Shown: positions 38,104 to 52,100, counted from the first letter of the stretch. The stretch is DNA of 64,000 nucleotides from Octopus bimaculoides (GCF_001194135.2 NC_068993.1:22119278-22183277), one strand, 5' to 3'. The notes: generated by a model from the letters alone, not told the origin. Numbers and translations: made by a program.

Positions 38104-39365
38104 TGAGGTGGTATCAAAGCGTTCCCGACTAATTATGTTCAATAAAAATATCTTATTCACTTTAGTTTTAACATCATCTTATAAATAGTCATGTTGTGCA
38201 GTGATGCACTGTTCCTAGCATTCCTGCCAGTTTGGGAATCCGGCTTGGAAGTCGTTTTCTGTAAGCGAGTCGAGGACCTTGCTATTCACTCTTGATCTTA
38301 ACAACGGTGTTAAAACGGTGACCGTTCAGCTGCATTTTCATTTTGGAGGTCCGCAAGTGCTAAATCTGGCGAATAGGGCAGGTACGGACTCAATGCCATC
38401 TTGATTTTGTTGAGAAACTCACGAGTAAGGAGAGTTCGGTGACTGGTTGCATTCTGGTCGTGAAGAATCCAATTCTTCGCATTCTACAGATCCGGTCGCT
38501 TTCGTTGAATGTCCTCCCTCAAACGCTTCAAAACATCGATTGACGGTCTGACCCTGGGGGACGAAATCTCGATGCACAATATCGCAGATGCCGTAAAAAG
38601 CGATAAGTATGCTCTTGATTGAGCTACGGCTCTGTCGTGCCTTCTTCGCTCGTAGAAATGAAGGGTTTTTTTCATTGTGACGACTGCTGCTTCGTCTCAG
38701 TGTCGTACCCTTAGACTCAACTCTGGTCACCGGTGATGATCCTCGACATGAATGATGATCCTTGACATGAATGATGATCATCAGCAGTATGCTGTCGGAT
38801 ATCTTGACAGACTTCGTAGCGATGTTTTTTCTGCTCAGTAGTCAGCAGGTGGGGAACAAACTTCACAGTGACATGCCGCACGTTCATTTTTGACATTAGG
38901 ATTGTCTGTACGGGCCCAACAACAACAGCAATGTCGTTGATTGTCCTCCGACAGTTTTCATGCACAAGCTGATGAATTTTCTTTCAGATCTCTCGTCGTC
39001 TTCCAGGGAGGTTCTTTCGCTTTTATAGCACCAGTGCCATCCGAAACATTGCGTACGGCACATTGCCTCATTTCCGCAAACTTGTTGAAGCATGCTTAAT
39101 ATCTTTCTAGAAGACTTTCCAAGTTTAACGCAACATTTCACGTTGGCTCTTTGGTCCAGCTCCCTGTCCATGATAAAATCGGAGACTGCAGCATTCACGT
39201 GATCGCAAAAACACAAATTTCACAACTTACAAAGTAACCACAGCGATGTCACTCGGCACACCGCCTCATGAAGGTTACTGTTGGCTCTCACTGCACACTC
39301 AAGAGTGTGCTGTTGTCTGTTAGCGTTCAACAGAACTAACCCGTGAACTTTCTGATAACACCTTG
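38104..39365 (-). mobile_element. Decayed mariner (DD34D-type) element with both TIRs and TA TSD
   Basis: TIRs TGAGGTGGTATCAAAGCGTTCC / rc CAAGGTGTTATCAGAAAGTTCA; MDRELDQRANVKCCVKLGKS..SLEDDERS..SRIITGDQS..KKARQSRSSIK..IVHRDFVPQGQTVN. Confidence 0.9.
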
Positions 39366-40433
39366 TATTAAATAATTTCTGTATTGTCGAAATACTAAAC
39401 TTTTTAAACAGTAGTTAAATGAAACTTATGTAATACATATATGTGGTAGCCTTATTGTTGAACTTTCCACTGTAGTTTACCTTTAATTTTGTTCACAAAC
39501 TCTGGGAAAGTAAACTGTGGATAATCTGTAGTGCTCGACAATGAGAAAGTTGTTTGACTAAAATGGGAAATTGACGTGTTAGTGGATGAGAATTGCTCAT
39601 ACAAAGAGAAAAAGGGAGATAGAAAGAAAGAAGATCGATTTAATACGAATACTTCTTTATTGATCCTGAGAATACGAAGAGTAGAGTTGATCTTGGAACG
39701 GCTTGAACTCATTGCACAGAGAGTTGGAACGAATATCTTAAGGCAATCTATCCAACCCTGTAACCACTCTGCCAATTCAATGCCTTCTAAAAAGCTTTAA
39801 TTTAGTTTTGACAGCTGCTGAGAAAGAAATACAAGGATAGTGCTATGTTCACAGAGCAAAAATATCTTTTTCATCTTTAACAATGAAAACTTAGAGCATT
39901 TTTAGTTTGATTGGATTATTATATTGTTTCCACTTAATTTTACATCTATTTTCACTTATAAAACTATGACATGTATTCTGTTCTATTCTTTGCATTCTTG
40001 ATTTATTTTTATTTTGTGAGTTAGAGTGGCACGAATTGTACAAGTAGTTGGGGCAAGTAAGCAAGTCTTGATTGTTTAGTGTTTCAGGCTACTTTATTCA
40101 AATTATGCTAGCATGTGATATTGATTTTTTTTCACTGTTTAGGTTTTTAAATAGGATTCTGACATGACTTCCTTGAGAAGTGCAGTTGTATCATCAGCGC
40201 AATGGAATATGAATAAATTTATGCATAGCATTTATATGGATCAGAAATTAACATTTTTCGACAACTGACTTTTCCAGAATATGATTAGCAATACTAGTTC
40301 GTAGTTTTTACTGTCTACTGGTGATGTTTGGTGTTCAATATTAAACTCATTGCAAGCAGATCATCTGCCACTGAATGCACACTTCCATTGCCCATTTAAA
40401 CGGGGACATGATTTGGAATTCATAATTTTCAAG

Positions 40434-40492
<59 letters not shown>

Positions 40493-40536
40493 GCTAGCTA
40501 GCTATATATATATATATATATATCGTAATATATAAT

Positions 40537-40754
40537 GACAAGGGGGTGCTGAAAAGTTCTTGGCTTTAAAGATATCGCGAAAGACCTGTTGGAGGCTTAA
40601 CCGTCTGAAGTTCTTTTAAAGGGTTTAGAAATACTGACGGACCACTTTAATAAGTGTATCAATCTCAGAGGGAAATATGTTGAATAAAATCATAATCAAC
40701 TAATCCTCCTGTATTTTGTTTCATCCAAAGTAAGGAAATTTTCAGTACCTCCAA
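40537..40754 (+). mobile_element. Non-autonomous mariner MITE
   Basis: TIRs GGGGTGCTGAAAAGTTCTTGGCTTT / rc GGAGGTACTGAAAATTTCCTTACTTT; internal NKCINLRGKYVE* is a mariner C-terminus. Confidence 0.75.
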
Positions 40755-40934
40755 ATATGTAAATATATATATATATANNNNNNNNNNNNNNNNNNNNNNN
40801 NNNNNNNNNNNNNNNNNNNNNNNNNNNNNNNNNNNNNNNNNNNNNNNNNNNNNNNNNNNNNNNNNNNNNNNNNNNNNNNNNTATATATATTCCAAATTAA
40901 TAGAAAAGTCATTTTATTATACTTGAAAAAGGGA

Positions 40935-41147
40935 AAGGCAGCGAACTGGTAGAAGCGTTAGCACTCTGGACGAAATGCTTAGCGGTATTTCGCTTGTAGC
41001 TGCGTTCTGAGTTCAAATTACGCCGAGATCGACTTTGCCTTTCATCCCTTCGAGATCGATAAATTAAGTAGCAGTTGAGTACTGAGGTCGATGTAATTCG
41101 ACTTTCACCCTCCTCCAAATTTCAGGTCTTGTGCTTATAATAGAAAG
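40935..41147 (+). mobile_element. SINE-1 (tail type A)
   Basis: Full copy, ends TGTGCTTATAATAGAAAG. Confidence 0.9.
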
Positions 41148-42054
41148 CATTGTAGTTAGAAAAGAGAAAAGCTCATAGATTTATTAAACCTGTCAGTAAA
41201 AAGACCTAACTTGAACTCTAATTTGTACTTTATTAAAATGTTATTTCATTGTGCTTATGTAGAAGCATTAGGATTTGTACAAGCGCTTTCAATGTGGGTA
41301 TCATTTTGTAGCTGTTGGCATTGTATAGACGTGATTTTCACAATGCAAATAATCAGTCTTATGACATTAATAAGCAATGTTTATCATTACAAAATGCACC
41401 GTTAAATTATAGATATCTAAAAAAAAGCTGATGCATTAAGCTAACTCTTTGAATATCAATGATGAAGCGAATTTCGTTTATCTTTTATTAATGTATAGAT
41501 TGCTTAACTTAATCTATACATTTTTTTTAATATCTGAAACTTACGCAAAGAAATCATATGATAACAGATTTAAAACCCCCAATGCAGCAATGGCGAAAAC
41601 TAGGTTTAACAACTATCACAAAATTATTAACAACAGCTGATGTAGCAACAGTAAAAACAATGCAAAAAACATGAGCATTACTTTTTTATAATAAGAAATC
41701 ATTTCAGTGCAAGAACAACAAATGCAATATATCATGAGTAGCGATGTATACTGCTTGGTTCACAGCAACAATAAGGAAACCGAAACAATAATAAGAAAAC
41801 AGAGGTGAGTGACTAAATCAGTAAAGCATTAACTAAAATGTGAACAGATTGTTACTTTTTTGAGTGACACCCGACTTGGATCGCGGTTATTTTTTTTCCA
41901 TTATTCTAAGGTCAATAATATAAGTACCAAGGAAGAAATGAAGTTCTAAAATACAAATATTCTAAAACGTTCTAAAATATCCAATAAGATTCTAGGAATT
42001 ATAACGTCGTCAAGCGTGATTTCTGTCAGGCTTCAATCCACTCGGAAGAACATA

Positions 42055-42165
42055 ATTTTTCCCTTTATCATTTTGATCGAGATAACAAAGAGAACCAGTT
42101 AAGTACTGGAGCTGACTTAATTGATTTACCACCCCAACCCCGCAATAAATTTTGTCGCCTGAGGC
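42055..42165 (+). mobile_element. SINE-1 degenerate core fragment
   Basis: CCTTTATCATTTTGATCGAGATAA..ACCAGTTAAGTACTGGAG. Confidence 0.5.
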
Positions 42166-42423
42166 TAAAGAGTCAGATCTTTTCGTATTAGTTTGTAGCA
42201 ATAATTGCAGTTGCAGCTACTTTATTCTCCTATCACAATTAAAACCAACAATAATATCAAGACAAGAGAATTCGCCCGACAAACCCTGATGTATTTAAAA
42301 CAAAAAATAATAATAATAATTTGGTCCTAGATGTAAAAGAAAATGGGGCTGTCAATGTTGGGACGTATTTGATAAGTGTACTCATGCAGAATTGAGCTGT
42401 GGTTAAATAACGACTCTAATGAT

Positions 42424-42545
42424 GGTTTCGAATGTTGGGCACAAGGCCAGTAATTTCAGGGCAGCGAGTGAGTCAATTACATCGGCTCCAGGGCTTAACT
42501 AGTTTTTATTTTATCGGGCCCAGAAGGCAAAGTTGACCTCGACGG
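42424..42545 (-). mobile_element. SINE-1 3' half (tail type B)
   Basis: GGTTTCGAATGTTGGGCACAAGGCC..GGCAAAGTTGACCTCG. Confidence 0.7.
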
Positions 42546-42574
42546 TATAAAAACGATTGTAATGATGGAACAAG

Positions 42575-42770
42575 TAAAGTCTACATAGTCACTAGACCTA
42601 CTAGTAATAGCTCTGTAATCTCACTAAAGTCAAGCCTGCTATTTTCAAAAAGAAAGACCTAAATATATCGAGGGAAAAGATGGAGTGGTTACGACTAGAA
42701 AATATTTGATCGTAAGACTACTTGATGGGATCTCCTCTAGGGTTACATAACGATCAGACTAACAATGAAA
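42575..42770 (+). repeat. Dispersed repeat A, diverged copy
   Basis: GTCACTAGACCTACTAGTAATAGC..CTAAAGTCAAGCC..TTTGATCGTAAG is similar to 33850-34030. Confidence 0.45.
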
Positions 42771-42799
42771 ATAATAACAAAAAACAGAAAGTGAGGAAG

Positions 42800-42874
<75 letters not shown>

Positions 42875-44114
42875 ATTTATATCATCATTCGAATCTCTGT
42901 AACATAGCACCCAAATCTAATATTAGAATGCCTACCATCATGAAATAGGGACCATATAGTTTTAAGTTTAAAATAATATAACAAAGCTAGCTACTTTGAA
43001 ATTGAACGGTAGCAGCCTGATTTTAGACTACATATCTCATCTATCAACGGTGACTGGCTGAAGTTACTAAAGAAAGATAACGAAGCAACAACAACAGTAA
43101 TACAATGCCACTGCTATAAATAACTCGTAGAACCAACTCAATAGAGAATATTCTACCATCCATACAAACAAAACCACAACAACGTTTTTACATCCCACAT
43201 CCACTAAATTGGGAAAAATAAAAAGCCGCCAGAATCACGCATTTGTCTAGCAAACATGGCCACTGAAATTAGTCATAGTGATTGTAAATTAATCAATTAA
43301 CTATACAGGACGTAAACAGTTAAATACAACAAGCAGCGAGCGAAGCTTACTAGCGTGATTTTTGTCAGATTTACTCTAATCCATCAGAAACATCCCTGAT
43401 ATAAAATATATATAAGAATAAAGATGAAAACTGTCTGTGTTCATATTTACATACATATATTAGTGACTAGGATTTTAGTCAAATGTATTTCAGCTGCACA
43501 TATGCTTATGTATGTATGTATGTATGTATGTATGTATGTATGTATGTATGTATGTATGTATGTATCGTACGTATCCATATATATACATACGTACGTATGT
43601 ATGTATACTAATGGAGATGTACTTATATATGTCCTATATATTATATGCATGCGCTTGTACATATATACATACACACACACACACACTCACACACACACAA
43701 ACATGTGTGTGTGTGTGCGTGTGCGTGTGCGTGTGTTTAGAATGTATCGAGGAGCACCGCATACGTACGTATTTATGTAGGCGTGTGTGTCATTCTCATA
43801 TCTTCTTTTTCTGTATTTCTGCTGCTTTATGCACATCTCCTTATAGTATATATTCTTAAAGTTCTGAGTCATAAATAAATTACTTACGCGCTTCCACACG
43901 CACACACACATCAACGGCACACACGTACACACAAAATTACGATTGAATATTTAAATTAATACTTACTCAGAACTGCGTATATGTGTCTGTATGTATATGT
44001 GCTACTATGTGGCTGCTTCTGTGTACATACATTTAATTATAATATGCATACATATATACATACATGTATGCATGTATGTTAGTATGTGTGTATATATGTA
44101 TGTATGTATGCATG

Positions 44115-44192
<78 letters not shown>

Positions 44193-44941
44193 TACAGATG
44201 GAGTGGCAGGGAGAATGTGGATAGAATCTCCAAGAAGTAAAGCAATAAGAACGATTGGAATGTAATCTTATTAATCAAAGAGATTAGAAGACTAAAAAGA
44301 AATGCAAACATAGAGGATTTTGCATTATCAAAACCGTTAAAGGACTGACGACGGCTGAAGAGCTCTTCCATTGTTACAGAAATATATCTCATTGAATATC
44401 TTTACTTCTGATTCATTCTGCCTGTCCAGTGTCTAGTAATAAGTTTTACAAATTTAGACTGATATGCATTCACAATATTGTTGAATGTAGATATCATATG
44501 AATGTGTGAGTGTGTGCGTATGTGTGTCTGTATGTATGCACGTATATATTCATATGTGTATGAATGTATATGTATATATGTGTGTATGTATGTTTATATA
44601 TACATACACACACACACACATATATATATACATATATATATATATGAATATATATGTGTTTGTGTGTGTGTGTCTGCGTGTGTATTTATATATACTTATA
44701 TATATATCACACACGATATAGGGGGATGAGTGTTGTAGTAGACAAGTTCGATTCTATTGTGTTCCACCTTGGGCGAGTGTTATCTTCTACACCCTCAGTT
44801 CGACCCATAATTATGAAAGCCTGTCCAACAGATTCTACTTGTAACGAAATAAAGGAGGGGTACCCGCTTGAGTATCACTTAAAGGATGTCTATGTCTATG
44901 GACTCTTTAGCCACTGACAGTGTAATTATTCAACATGTGTC

Positions 44942-45016
<75 letters not shown>

Positions 45017-45123
45017 CTTTGTGTCTGTGTCTGTGTTTGTGTACGTGCGAGTATGTTATGTGCCATATGTATGTATATTTGCATGTTTCTCGTTTTCGTA
45101 GTAGGTAGAAATGTTATTACGCG

Positions 45124-45354
45124 AAGGCGAGCTGGCAGAAACGTTAGCACGCCGGGCGAAATACTTAGCGGTATTTCGTCTGCCGCAACGTTCTGAGTTC
45201 AAATTGCACCGAGGTCGACTTTGCCTTTTATCCTTTCGGGGTCGATAAATTAAGTACTAGTTACGCACTGGGGTCGATGTAATCGACTTAATTTCTTTGT
45301 CTGTCCTTGTTTGTCCCCTCTATGTTTAGCGCCTTGTGGGCATTAAAGAAATAA
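45124..45354 (+). mobile_element. SINE-1, young copy (tail type C)
   Basis: CpG-rich and intact; ends GTTTAGCGCCTTGTGGGCATTAAAGAAATAA. Confidence 0.95.
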
Positions 45355-45389
45355 AAAATGTTATTATGAGATCCTGTGACAGATTAAAT

Positions 45390-45704
45390 CAAGGGTTCCC
45401 AAATTTTTTCGCCCTGCAGACCTCTTGGCACCCAGATCATATTCCTGCCCACCCCCACCTCGCTCACCACCGCAAACATAGACCATTTTCTGCAGCAAAT
45501 ACAACAGTATTTCACAAATAAAGCTTAACCTAATTAACCCATTATTTTGTTTATTTTTAATTCCCCCGTTTGGCTATCCCGTTGCTTTTACATACCCCTT
45601 TTGGTTACCTCATTATCGCCCCACTTTTCTTGAATGCCCTCTGAATCTTTCTTCTCCCTATGTGGTGGTGGTGGTGGAAGTACCGCCCAGTTTGGTAACC
45701 ATTG
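45390..45704. mobile_element. hAT-type MITE
   Basis: TIRs CAAGGGTTCCCAAA / TTTGGTAACCATTG; 8-bp flanks GATTAAAT / TATTACAT (6 of 8 match, a decayed TSD). Confidence 0.65.
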
Positions 45705-47861
45705 TATTACATTATCGCCAGTGGATTTAAAATTTGTTGAGCTGTTACTTCCTGGTCATCGCCATAGTTTAGTCTTCCATAGTTAATCTTCAAGTTCAGC
45801 AGAATTAATTATCGTCTAATTACACAGAACACATTTGAGAACCAAACATGGTCTGTATTCTTGTATTCTTTTCTTTTCTTGCATTGACATATTACCCTTT
45901 TGTAAATGCAATCCTCTGATTTCTAAGAATTCTTATTCTATGTAATACAACGTTTCTTTATAAGTATTATGATAATTATTAACAACTGAACGTTAACTTT
46001 AGAAATATATTGTGTGTATATATATATAANNNNNNNNNNNNNNNNNNNNNNNNNNNNNNNNNNNNNNNNNNNNNNNNNNNNNNNNNNNNNNNNNNNNNNN
46101 NNNNNNNNNNNNNNNNNNNNNNNNNNNNNNNNNNNNATATATATATATATATAGTTCATTTGGGATAACTATTAAGGAACGTCTCTGGAAAACTCACAAT
46201 TCACCTTCCACTATTTTTCTTTTCGTTGTAACTTATTTTGTTCTCTCCAAATTCTCTCACATTCTCTTTTATCTGTTTACCGTATTCTTCCTATTTTGTT
46301 ACAAATATAACAAATACGAAAGACGAGTGACCCAAAATTTATGTACGATAGTTTCTGTTCTTACCTTTTTTTTATGTAATTTCCGACAACCACTTCTCAC
46401 CTACCAGTGGGACTAGTGCTTTGTTCTCGGCATCTTGCTATCATTCGAAATGTATGATTTAGGATCGATTCCTTCCACTGAATCCATGACAATATGAACA
46501 ATATCGATGCGATTATCTTAAATAGTATTCTTGTACTCAGCCAATCTACATTTGATATCAATCTTCATTCATCCTTACAAAGTGTTTATTCTTTATGCAT
46601 CCTTACAAAGTTTTTCAATCCCTCAAACAACTACGGCGTCGTTTTCCACATCTTAGCAAGTTAAAAGCAGGAAAATAGACATCTATTGGTTTCTTTTGTG
46701 AATGATTTATCGAAATCTCTCGCTTGGTTGCGACGAAAATCCGTGTTTCATGAGGAACATTGTGTTTCTTGTTCCGAATGCCTTTATGTCATTATGTTGG
46801 TTCTCATTGTCATTTTACATATGGCAGTGTTGATAATTTATATCGTTGGTTTCAGTTTCACAGCTCAAGTAGATTGTCTTATGTGGTAAGTTTTCGATCC
46901 TAAATAATACCGAATACTAACATCAGGATGTTTATATATTTGGTTTGTAATACAAAAAGCCACAATTCTACAATAGTTTAACAAGTGAGGTGATATACTT
47001 GAGTTTGAATAAGTTTGTGTTTAAAGCCTGGAACATTATTGGATCAATAAAAAGCACTACTCTCCGAGAGGAGAGTGTGCAATATCGGTGTTCCCTTCAG
47101 ATTAACTGCGAGAGCTTTAAATCAACAATGAAGATAGGTTCACCCGCATCAACCTTCCTTCATAACTAAGATAGCCTCAAGCTTAAGTTATCGGCTTACA
47201 CGCTCTGTGTTCTGCCTTAGGAAGGCTGAATGTATTTTTTGTTACTTGGAGATTCTTCCTTGCTTGTTATCATCTATGACGGGATTAAGGATCAAATAAG
47301 GCGTTCTCCATTTTTCCAGTCCTCTTACAAATAACTTGCAATTCTGCTCTTCACTATAGATTCGGCTGAGCAAAATTCAAACAATCGAAATTTTTTTTTT
47401 TATATATAACCATACAATGTATTTCTTACTATATTAGCAGCGGTGTGCTTTTCCCATTTTATTTTCATTGTTGTTGGTGCAAGGACAATACGAAGGGAGC
47501 AACAAATGACACACTACATTGCAGGTTATAGTGTAGAAACAGTCAGTGATTTACTCGATATGTTATCTTATTTTTATACGACCCTGTCAGTGAAGACAGG
47601 CTAGTGACCTTCACCTAATACTTTCAGGATATCTGCAAGTAGCTGGAAGGAAACTTCTTAGAATGGAGGTCTAGATCAAAACACTGACAACTGATTAAAC
47701 TCACCTGAAGACACCTAAAAACCAGGTGATGGTGTATAACCGAGTGACAAATAAAGTCTACTACACAAAAACTTAGAATTCAAAGAGTCGTTGTAACAAA
47801 TATCGTGAGACAGCTCACTCGATGCTTTAACACTTCTACCAATTCACCACCATGAAATGAT

Positions 47862-47998
47862 ACGTTATTTATCGGCCTCGAATAACAATGAGTAAAGTTG
47901 ACCTCTGTGGGATTCGACAGCAGAGCAGAGAGCCCAGTAAGAAAAAGCGCAAAGGATTTTGTCGTACGTATCTGACGATTCTGTAAAGTTACAGCCTA
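47862..47998 (-). mobile_element. SINE-1, degenerate
   Basis: TTATCGGCCTCGAA..AAAGTTGACCTCTG..ACGATTCTG..GCCT. Confidence 0.55.
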
Positions 47999-48117
47999 AT
48001 GATACAGGTCATAACTAAAAATCAAGGGAGATATTTGGCTGCTTATGTGAGGAGAGAACTAATTTGAATTTTGCTATTTATATATAGAATGCATTCTATA
48101 TATAAATTCTATATTCT

Positions 48118-48353
48118 AAGGGCGGAGAGCTGGCAGAAACGTTAGCACGCCGGGCGAAATACTTAGCGGTATTTCGTCTACCGCAACGTTCTGAGTTCAA
48201 ATTCCACCGAGGTCGACTTTGCCTTTTATCCTTTCGGGGTCGATAAATTAAGTACTAGTTACGCACTGGGGTCGATGTAATCGACTTAATCCCTTTGTCC
48301 GTCCTTGTTTGTCCCCTCTATGTTTAGCCCCCTATGGGCACTAAATAAATAAA
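48118..48353 (+). mobile_element. SINE-1, young copy (tail type C)
   Basis: Near-identical to 45124-45354 over its 5' 163 nt. Confidence 0.95.
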
Positions 48354-48409
48354 TATATATATATATATATAGAATATACATAAGAATATACAAACACACG
48401 CGCGCGCAC

Positions 48410-48446
<37 letters not shown>

Positions 48447-48450
<4 letters not shown>

Positions 48451-49688
48451 GGTTGGACAAAATAATGGGAACACTTCAAAATTTCAAACAAATTTAATTT
48501 GATATGGGGTAGGACCACCTTTGGCAGTGATTACAGCTTGAATTCTATATGTTATGGACTCGTACAAAGTTTGAATTGTTTCCAAAGGAATTCTTGTTCA
48601 TTCTTCAGCTAAAACAGTCTCCAGTTCTTGTAGTGATGATGGTGGAGGGTATCAACTCCTTACTTGTTTTTTCTAAAATTCACCATAAATATTCAATAAT
48701 ATTGAGATCTGGGGACTGTGGTAGCCAGATAAGATGTTCAACTTCATTTGAATGTTCCTCGTACCATTCAGTAACAACTTTAGCGATGGGAATTGGTGCA
48801 TTATCATCCTGAAAGCTTGCGTTTCCCTCCGGAAACAGTTCCGCAACGATAGGATGAATTTGATCAGATAAAATTCTTAAATAGTCTTGACTATTATTTC
48901 TGCTATTGGGACGTTGGATTTCCAAGATATAGCCCCCCAGATCATCACAGATCCTCCTCCATGTTTAACAGTTGGAAGAAAGCAGACTGGGTCAAATGTT
49001 TATTATGGCTGTCTCTGCTAGTGGTTGGAAATAAGGTAAAGGATGACTCATCCGAGAAAATAACATTTTTCCACTGCTCTAGGGACCAATTCTGTAGGTT
49101 TTTACTCCTCTCTAAACGGTTTGCAACGTTTGTTTTTCAAACTAGTTTTCTGATTGCACCCCCCCCCCATAAAATCCAGCTTTGTGCAGCTCCTGGTGAA
49201 GAGTGTTTATGGAAATTGGGTTCTCAATGTGGTCATTAAGCTCTGCAGTAATTCTGGGAGCTGGGCTTTTGTGATCTGTCCTATCAATTCACGTAAGATT
49301 CCGACGGTCCCTATCTGAAAGTTTAGGTTTTTTCCGGAGTTTTGTTTCGACGAGGAGGTTTTTCCCTCTTTCTCAAAGGCTGTCATTACTTTCGAGACAG
49401 TACTTCTTTATACACCAAACGTTTCGGCTGTTTTCGCTACGTTAGCGCCTGCCATACGAGGACCAACAATTTGACCTCTTTGAAAGTCCGATAGATCTGT
49501 CATTTTAATGAATTTTAATAACCTTTTTCTGATGATAACTGAAAAGAAACAGCAATTTTAGCAAAACATATTACGCAACACTAATCATAAGTCAAAAAGC
49601 ATAAAAATAAACCAGCTTTTGACGGTTTTATAGATATTTCAAAATTATAATAGATGCTAGATGTTTCCATTATTTTGTCCAACCTCTG
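48447..49688 (-). mobile_element. Tc1-like element with DD36E spacing (Incomer-like), near full length, decayed ORF
   Basis: About 28-bp TIRs CAGAGGTTGGACAAAATAATGG; ATG at 49503 (MTDLSDFQRGQIVG..); FQDDNAPIPIAKVVTEWYEEHSNEVEHLIWLPQSPDLNIIE has 36 residues between D and E. Confidence 0.9.
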
Positions 49689-49835
49689 TGTATATATACA
49701 AGTATATATACGTATATATGCATATGTATATGTGTCTGTATATATTTGTATGTATGTGTGTATACACACACACACACACACACACANNNNNNNNNNNNNN
49801 NNNNNNNNNNNNNNNNNNNNNNNNNNNNNNNNNNN

Positions 49836-49876
<41 letters not shown>

Positions 49877-50132
49877 AGTTGAATAAAATCAAAACAGCCT
49901 AGTCTTCACGTTTTTTTTATTATGGTATTTTAATAAAACTAGCGCTTTCATACATAGTGTGCTCACCAGTTGAGTTCTTGATAACTTTAGTACCTATTCG
50001 AACGCTTCAACTAGAGAGAGAAAAAGAGAGAGGGGAAAAGAAGGAGAGATTGCATAAATGAGAGAAATTCATCGGAAGCGATAAATTTCGGTAATCGGTT
50101 TTTTTTTTCCATTATTTATTATTCTACTCTCT

Positions 50133-50218
50133 CTTAAGTACCAGTAGCGTACTGAGGTCAATCTAATCGACCGGCACCCTCCCCAGAAATTGCAGGCCTT
50201 GTGCCTAGAGTAGAAGAG
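50133..50218 (+). mobile_element. SINE-1 3' fragment (tail type A)
   Basis: AAGTACCAG..GGCCTTGTGCCTAGAGTAGAAGAG, then ATTATTTATTATT. Confidence 0.75.
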
Positions 50219-51385
50219 ATTATTTATTATTCCCTATTTCTCTTAAATATTTCTATACATTTTGCTAGATTTTTGTGTGATACGCGTATAAAATCAACTT
50301 TGACAAGCTGAAACTTTTGTAGATTCAACTTATTGTTCACAATTGATCTGGAGATCATAGGGTCGTACTTTCATTTGAAAACGTTACATATTTTTAATCA
50401 TCATTAGCATAGAAAATTTGGGGACAAAATAACAATCTGGTGAGATATTTCAAATGTATGTTTAAAGGAAAACTAGGATTAATTTTTGAGCTCATACGTT
50501 TTTCTCCAGTTGCATTCAATTTATTTCATTTATTGAAGTATAATTATTCAACTTTGATCTCAACTTTCTATATTTTGTATATATGATAGAACAACTAATA
50601 TCAAATACTCACAGCCATAAATATACATACATATACATATAGATAGATATTGAGGAAGAAAGAGAGAGACGAAAAAGTTCACATAAACGTTTATGAATGC
50701 TTATGAATATATGCATACACAAATAGTTGCACATATATACATATATACATTAATATACTTATACATATATGCGTACATACGTGAATCCATAACTAACCTT
50801 ACATAAAAAATATGATCATGTATTTTTAAACGCTTTTTACCTAACTTTGGATATATCTGTCTGTGTTTATTATATTTAAGACAAGCATTAGGAAAAATAT
50901 ATAAATTCAAAACTTTGAATAGATTAGATCGGCTACTTAACTCAGAATCGGAGTTCCTAAAAAAGAAAAAAAATTAAAATTAAACACTCGAACAAAAAAA
51001 AAAAAAAAAGATAGATATTTCCAGAAGGAACGTTTATGAAAATTATGGGAAAAAATGTAAACGGTTTATGAGATCTGAGCAATTTTTTTTATGGATTCAC
51101 TAAATGATCTTAGCGTTTTAAAAACTATAAAACGCAAACTATACCTAATAGAGAGAATCTCGATATCAGACCGCTTTATGTTATGGGGATTATCACGTAT
51201 ATACATGTATGTTGTACCTTAGTCTTCTCTCCTCTCCCCCTTTCCCTTCACCCTCTCTTTTCCCCCTCTCTCCATCTACATAAATTGAGCAACATGGTTC
51301 TACTTCTTTTTGAATGCAAATTAACACGCATGTATACATACGTATATATGTGTGTACATGTGTATGTATGTATCTGTATCTATAT

Positions 51386-51770
51386 ACCGGGAGCAATAGG
51401 TAAATTGTCGCAATGTTTGGTCTTGATTTTGTCGACTACTCAGTATAGTAGGGTCAGATGGGTACCGTCTGTGAGAAAGACAGCACTATGACGCAATTCA
51501 CTCTGTCAGAAATTTGAAAATAACATGCTGTGCTGCCTGGCATTCACGCTGAAAGCTCTAATACGAACATTTCAGTGTGTTTGGCTGTCAATATGAGTAC
51601 AGTGCAGAAGATTCGGAAAGAGTTGGATCAGTCTAATGGTGATTACGAAGGTGCGTCAGCTTGGAAAACTCACTCTGGTTGTTGTGATAAGAAAAAAACT
51701 CTTGAATTTGTTAGTGTGATCCAGGCCATGATTGACAACGTTCTCTCCAAGTCAATTAGGTCCTTCACGC
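51386..51770 (+). mobile_element. maT/DD37D-family 5' end (TIR plus HTH region)
   Basis: Homologous to 6161-6410; SNTNISVCLAVNMSTVQKIRKEL...KSIRS. Confidence 0.75.
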
Positions 51771-51774
51771 AAGG

Positions 51775-52100
51775 GGAGGGCCGTATGTTTACATTGGGCA
51801 GACGCCTCATTCATTTAAGAATCGTCATCGTAACCATGCTGCCTGCTTTAAGACAGTCAATAAGAGACATTCAATATCGTTGGCAGATTTTGTATGGCGA
51901 CTGAAGGAATATTAAATGAAGTACAGCAGAACTTGGTCCATAGTAAGGTACGCGAAACCATACAATATAATTTCCAGAAAATGTCGTCTCTGCTCTGATG
52001 AATCCCTGTCTATTCTGTAGACTAATGAGAACATCATTAATAGAATTTTTGAATAATTCTCGAGATTTTTTATTCCTACACACATATAGATGTACTTTCA
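51775..52100 (+). pseudogene. Penelope GIY-YIG endonuclease relic
   Basis: SFKNRHRNHAACFK..ISLADFVWRLKE..TWSIV..AKPYN..SRKCRLCSDESL.I matches the Penelope C-terminal pattern (FK.RY.NH..SF..LS.YIW.LK..W.I...PY...C.LC..E). Confidence 0.75.

Noticed and set aside
44340-44390. CTGACGA/CTGAAGA...GAAA hammerhead-like string
   Set aside because: No pairing stem II, palindromic stem III or cleavage triplet.
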